Source: Gemmatimonadales bacterium (GTDB taxonomy: Bacteria > Gemmatimonadota > Gemmatimonadetes > Gemmatimonadales > GWC2-71-9). Taken from it: a DNA stretch of 64,000 nucleotides. Made by a program: the position numbers and the translations under genes. The notes beneath the pieces were generated by a model, which worked only from the letters and a program-made list of their open reading frames with translations, ran no database searches and was not told the DNA's origin. Within the stretch, counting starts at the first letter, position 1, and each line of letters begins with the position of its first letter. Location of the stretch: positions 6,560-70,559 of the forward strand of contig JBBDNM010000053.1 in NCBI GenBank assembly GCA_040877595.1, written 5' to 3'. Of the stretch, positions 62,281-64,000 are shown one piece after another.

Positions 62281-64000
62281 CGCACCAGCTCGCCGCGGGT
62301 CACGCGCACGGACCGAAGTTGAGTGGTCGTGCGGCCGCTCACCCGATCCGTGACGGTCACAGCGATGGTGTAGAGGCCTTCCGTGGCGTCATCCAGGCCG
62401 ACCGACAGCCAGTCCACTTGGCGCTCCGCGTGCTGCGCGCTGCGCTCATATTGCAGCGCGACCTGTTCATCGCCTCGCGCTGAAAGGCCGACGGCATCAC
62501 CGATGCCGCCGAGGATACGCGCGGCGAATCCTCGGCGCTCGACTTCACGCACGGTGAACGTGAGTTCAATCGTATAGCGGACCGCCCCGGTGGAATCGGG
62601 CTGGAGGCCGTACGTTTCCCAGAGCAGGGCCACGGGGTCACCGGGCGCGAAGCGGCCGGCGCTCGGTTGAATGAAGAAGTCGCGCCAAGAGAGATAGCTC
62701 GAGTCCCGTGGAGCCGCGGCGTCGGCTACGAGCACGTCCGACATGCGCAGCGAGTCGAACGGATACGAGCGCATGGCGAGGAGCGAGCTGGAGCGGGCGT
62801 GCCGGTCCACACCTCCCAGGGTCGCCTCCACCCGCATGAAGTACTGGCCCGCCGGAAGGTTGAACCGCCACGTGCGCATCTCCACCTGCTGCGGGTTGTT
62901 CGGCAGCACTGAGCTCGTATCCACCGACCGGTGCACGTCGTTGAACTGGGCGTCCTTGAGGATGGCGCCGGTCCGCAGCGGTAGTGGCCCTGCCTCGGCG
63001 CCGCGCGCCATGCGCCCCAGCGGCATGAAGGCGAACACACCAAGGTCGCTTGTCCCCGGCCGGGCGCCGCGGAACTGTGCAAGCTGCACGAGTACCGTGT
63101 CCATATCAGCTACCAGCGAGAGGTTGTCATAACGCGCTGGGAAGATATCCTGCGAGCGACGGTACACCTCGCGGAAGTTCGAGCCGAAATTATCGCGCGC
63201 GAACTGCGCGTTGAGCGAGAAGAGGAAGCGAAGCTCCGAACGCTCATAGAGCCACACCACCGGCGTGCGCTGCGTTTCCAACATTGCGGCGGCGTCGAGG
63301 ACGGGATCGGCGGCGTCTGGGTCGAGTTCGGACAGCCGGCCCCCCTCAAAGCTCGCCCAAGTGTCCGGCGGGCCATACCGCATGTACACCCGGCCCCGTT
63401 CCGTGTCGCGACCGCTCATGTTGCGCAGGGGGTCCCGCCAGCGATGGTCCACGTACACGGCGCGGGCCAAGTGCTCCACCCGTATATGGTTGATCGAATC
63501 GAGGTACAGCGGTTGCGCGGCCGCCCAGTAGAGGCGTTCCAGTTCGGTGCGCGCGGCGGGTGTGAGACTTCCCCAGCGGGCTTCGTCGCGCGGGCGCAGT
63601 ACCGGTTGCAGGCTCCGGAGTGTCGCCGCGTCGTCTGGCGGGAGAAGCGACAGCGCCCGGTCCAAGGCCTGTTGCGCCGCTCCGGTTCGGCTCGTGCGTG
63701 AAAGGGCGAGTCCGCGCAACGCCCAGGCGCCTCCGCTGTCCGGGGCTTGCCGCACGAGCTGTTGCGTGAGCTCAAGGGCCTCTTCCCAGCGCCCGCGTTC
63801 ACCGAGAAGCACGGTCAGGAGGCCTGCCGTGGGCAGGTGGACGGGATTGAGGCGCAGCGCCGAGCGCAGGCGATCCTCCGCGGCATCGAGGTCTTCGCTG
63901 CCCGGGTTGCCCGGATCGCGACGAACCTGTCGGGCGAAGAAGTCCTGCACCTCTCGCCAATCACCCAGCAACACCTCAGGCGACAACGTTCGCGCATCGA
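62277..64000 (-). CDS. TPR + GWxTD-domain protein (5' end probably beyond the window)
   Basis: LERLYWAAAQPLYLDSINHIRVEHLARAVYVDHRW...SGRDTERGRVYMRYGPPD GWxTD-type core. The frame is still open upstream of the TTG at 63986. Paralogue of 20591-22684. Confidence 0.65.
   Translation of the reverse strand, partial: DARTLSPEVLLGDWREVQDFFARQVRRDPGNPGSEDLDAAEDRLRSALRLNPVHLPTAGLLTVLLGERGRWEEALELTQQLVRQAPDSGGAWALRGLALSRTSRTGAAQQALDRALSLLPPDDAATLRSLQPVLRPRDEARWGSLTPAARTELERLYWAAAQPLYLDSINHIRVEHLARAVYVDHRWRDPLRNMSGRDTERGRVYMRYGPPDTWASFEGGRLSELDPDAADPVLDAAAMLETQRTPVVWLYERSELRFLFSLNAQFARDNFGSNFREVYRRSQDIFPARYDNLSLVADMDTVLVQLAQFRGARPGTSDLGVFAFMPLGRMARGAEAGPLPLRTGAILKDAQFNDVHRSVDTSSVLPNNPQQVEMRTWRFNLPAGQYFMRVEATLGGVDRHARSSSLLAMRSYPFDSLRMSDVLVADAAAPRDSSYLSWRDFFIQPSAGRFAPGDPVALLWETYGLQPDSTGAVRYTIELTFTVREVERRGFAARILGGIGDAVGLSARGDEQVALQYERSAQHAERQVDWLSVGLDDATEGLYTIAVTVTDRVSGRTTTQLRSVRVTRGELVR

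Overview
Visibly GC-rich, very tightly packed bacterial chromosomal DNA. The gene content (two GWxTD-domain proteins, Ser/Thr kinases fused to PD40/TolB-like propellers, BamA/TamA-TamB, Lgt, a porin) points to a Gram-negative of Gemmatimonadota/Acidobacteriota type; this is inference only. About 70 protein-coding genes can be supported. I recognised no rRNA, tRNA, CRISPR array, transposase or integrase.

Layout:
- 0-3.9 kb: PD40 propeller lipoprotein and Leu/Val-type dehydrogenase.
- 3.9-18.3 kb: a zone that looks accessory or rearranged. It holds an orphan RHH antitoxin-like gene and an ECF sigma/anti-sigma pair. It also holds a two-gene lipoprotein+cupredoxin cassette present twice (5.9 kb and 13.2 kb). 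The two copies bracket a PD40 Ser/Thr kinase and a translationally coupled 4-gene operon (FAD-oxidoreductase, methyltransferase, SRPBCC, KAS). The zone also has a ~90-bp relic of the KAS 3' end, an internally deleted CBM9/DUF5916-like pseudogene, EamA and a two-component system.
- 18-27 kb: methyltransferase, glutamate/dicarboxylate symporter, GWxTD protein, MoxR ATPase, and an ATP synthase sub-operon (atpZ-I-B-E-F-H) that stops after delta.
- 27.9-35 kb: a signalling locus. A porin-GGDEF pair is divergent from a cupredoxin-like / sensor-HAMP-Ser/Thr-kinase / Tat-ferredoxin / cupin / nucleotidyltransferase operon.
- 35-51 kb: pyk, LeuA-like, DUF885, dacB, tamA-tamB-lipid kinase, zinc-ribbon, HAD, acpS.
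- 51-64 kb: a minus-strand train of overlapping housekeeping genes (queA-tgt-yajC-def-fmt-thiE-thiS-thiG-rsmB-PASTA-rpe-tlpA-ybbR-tsaD-lgt).

Most unusual signals:
- A family of strictly intergenic heptanucleotide tandem arrays. Four of them are canonical G-quadruplex motifs.
- Three same-strand gene junctions where the only sensible start of a conserved protein is a CTG embedded in a CTGA stop/start overlap.
- The duplicated cupredoxin cassette plus rearrangement scars.
- A candidate periplasmic-redox to Ser/Thr-kinase signalling operon.

All functional calls rest on motif and family recognition by eye; no searches were run.
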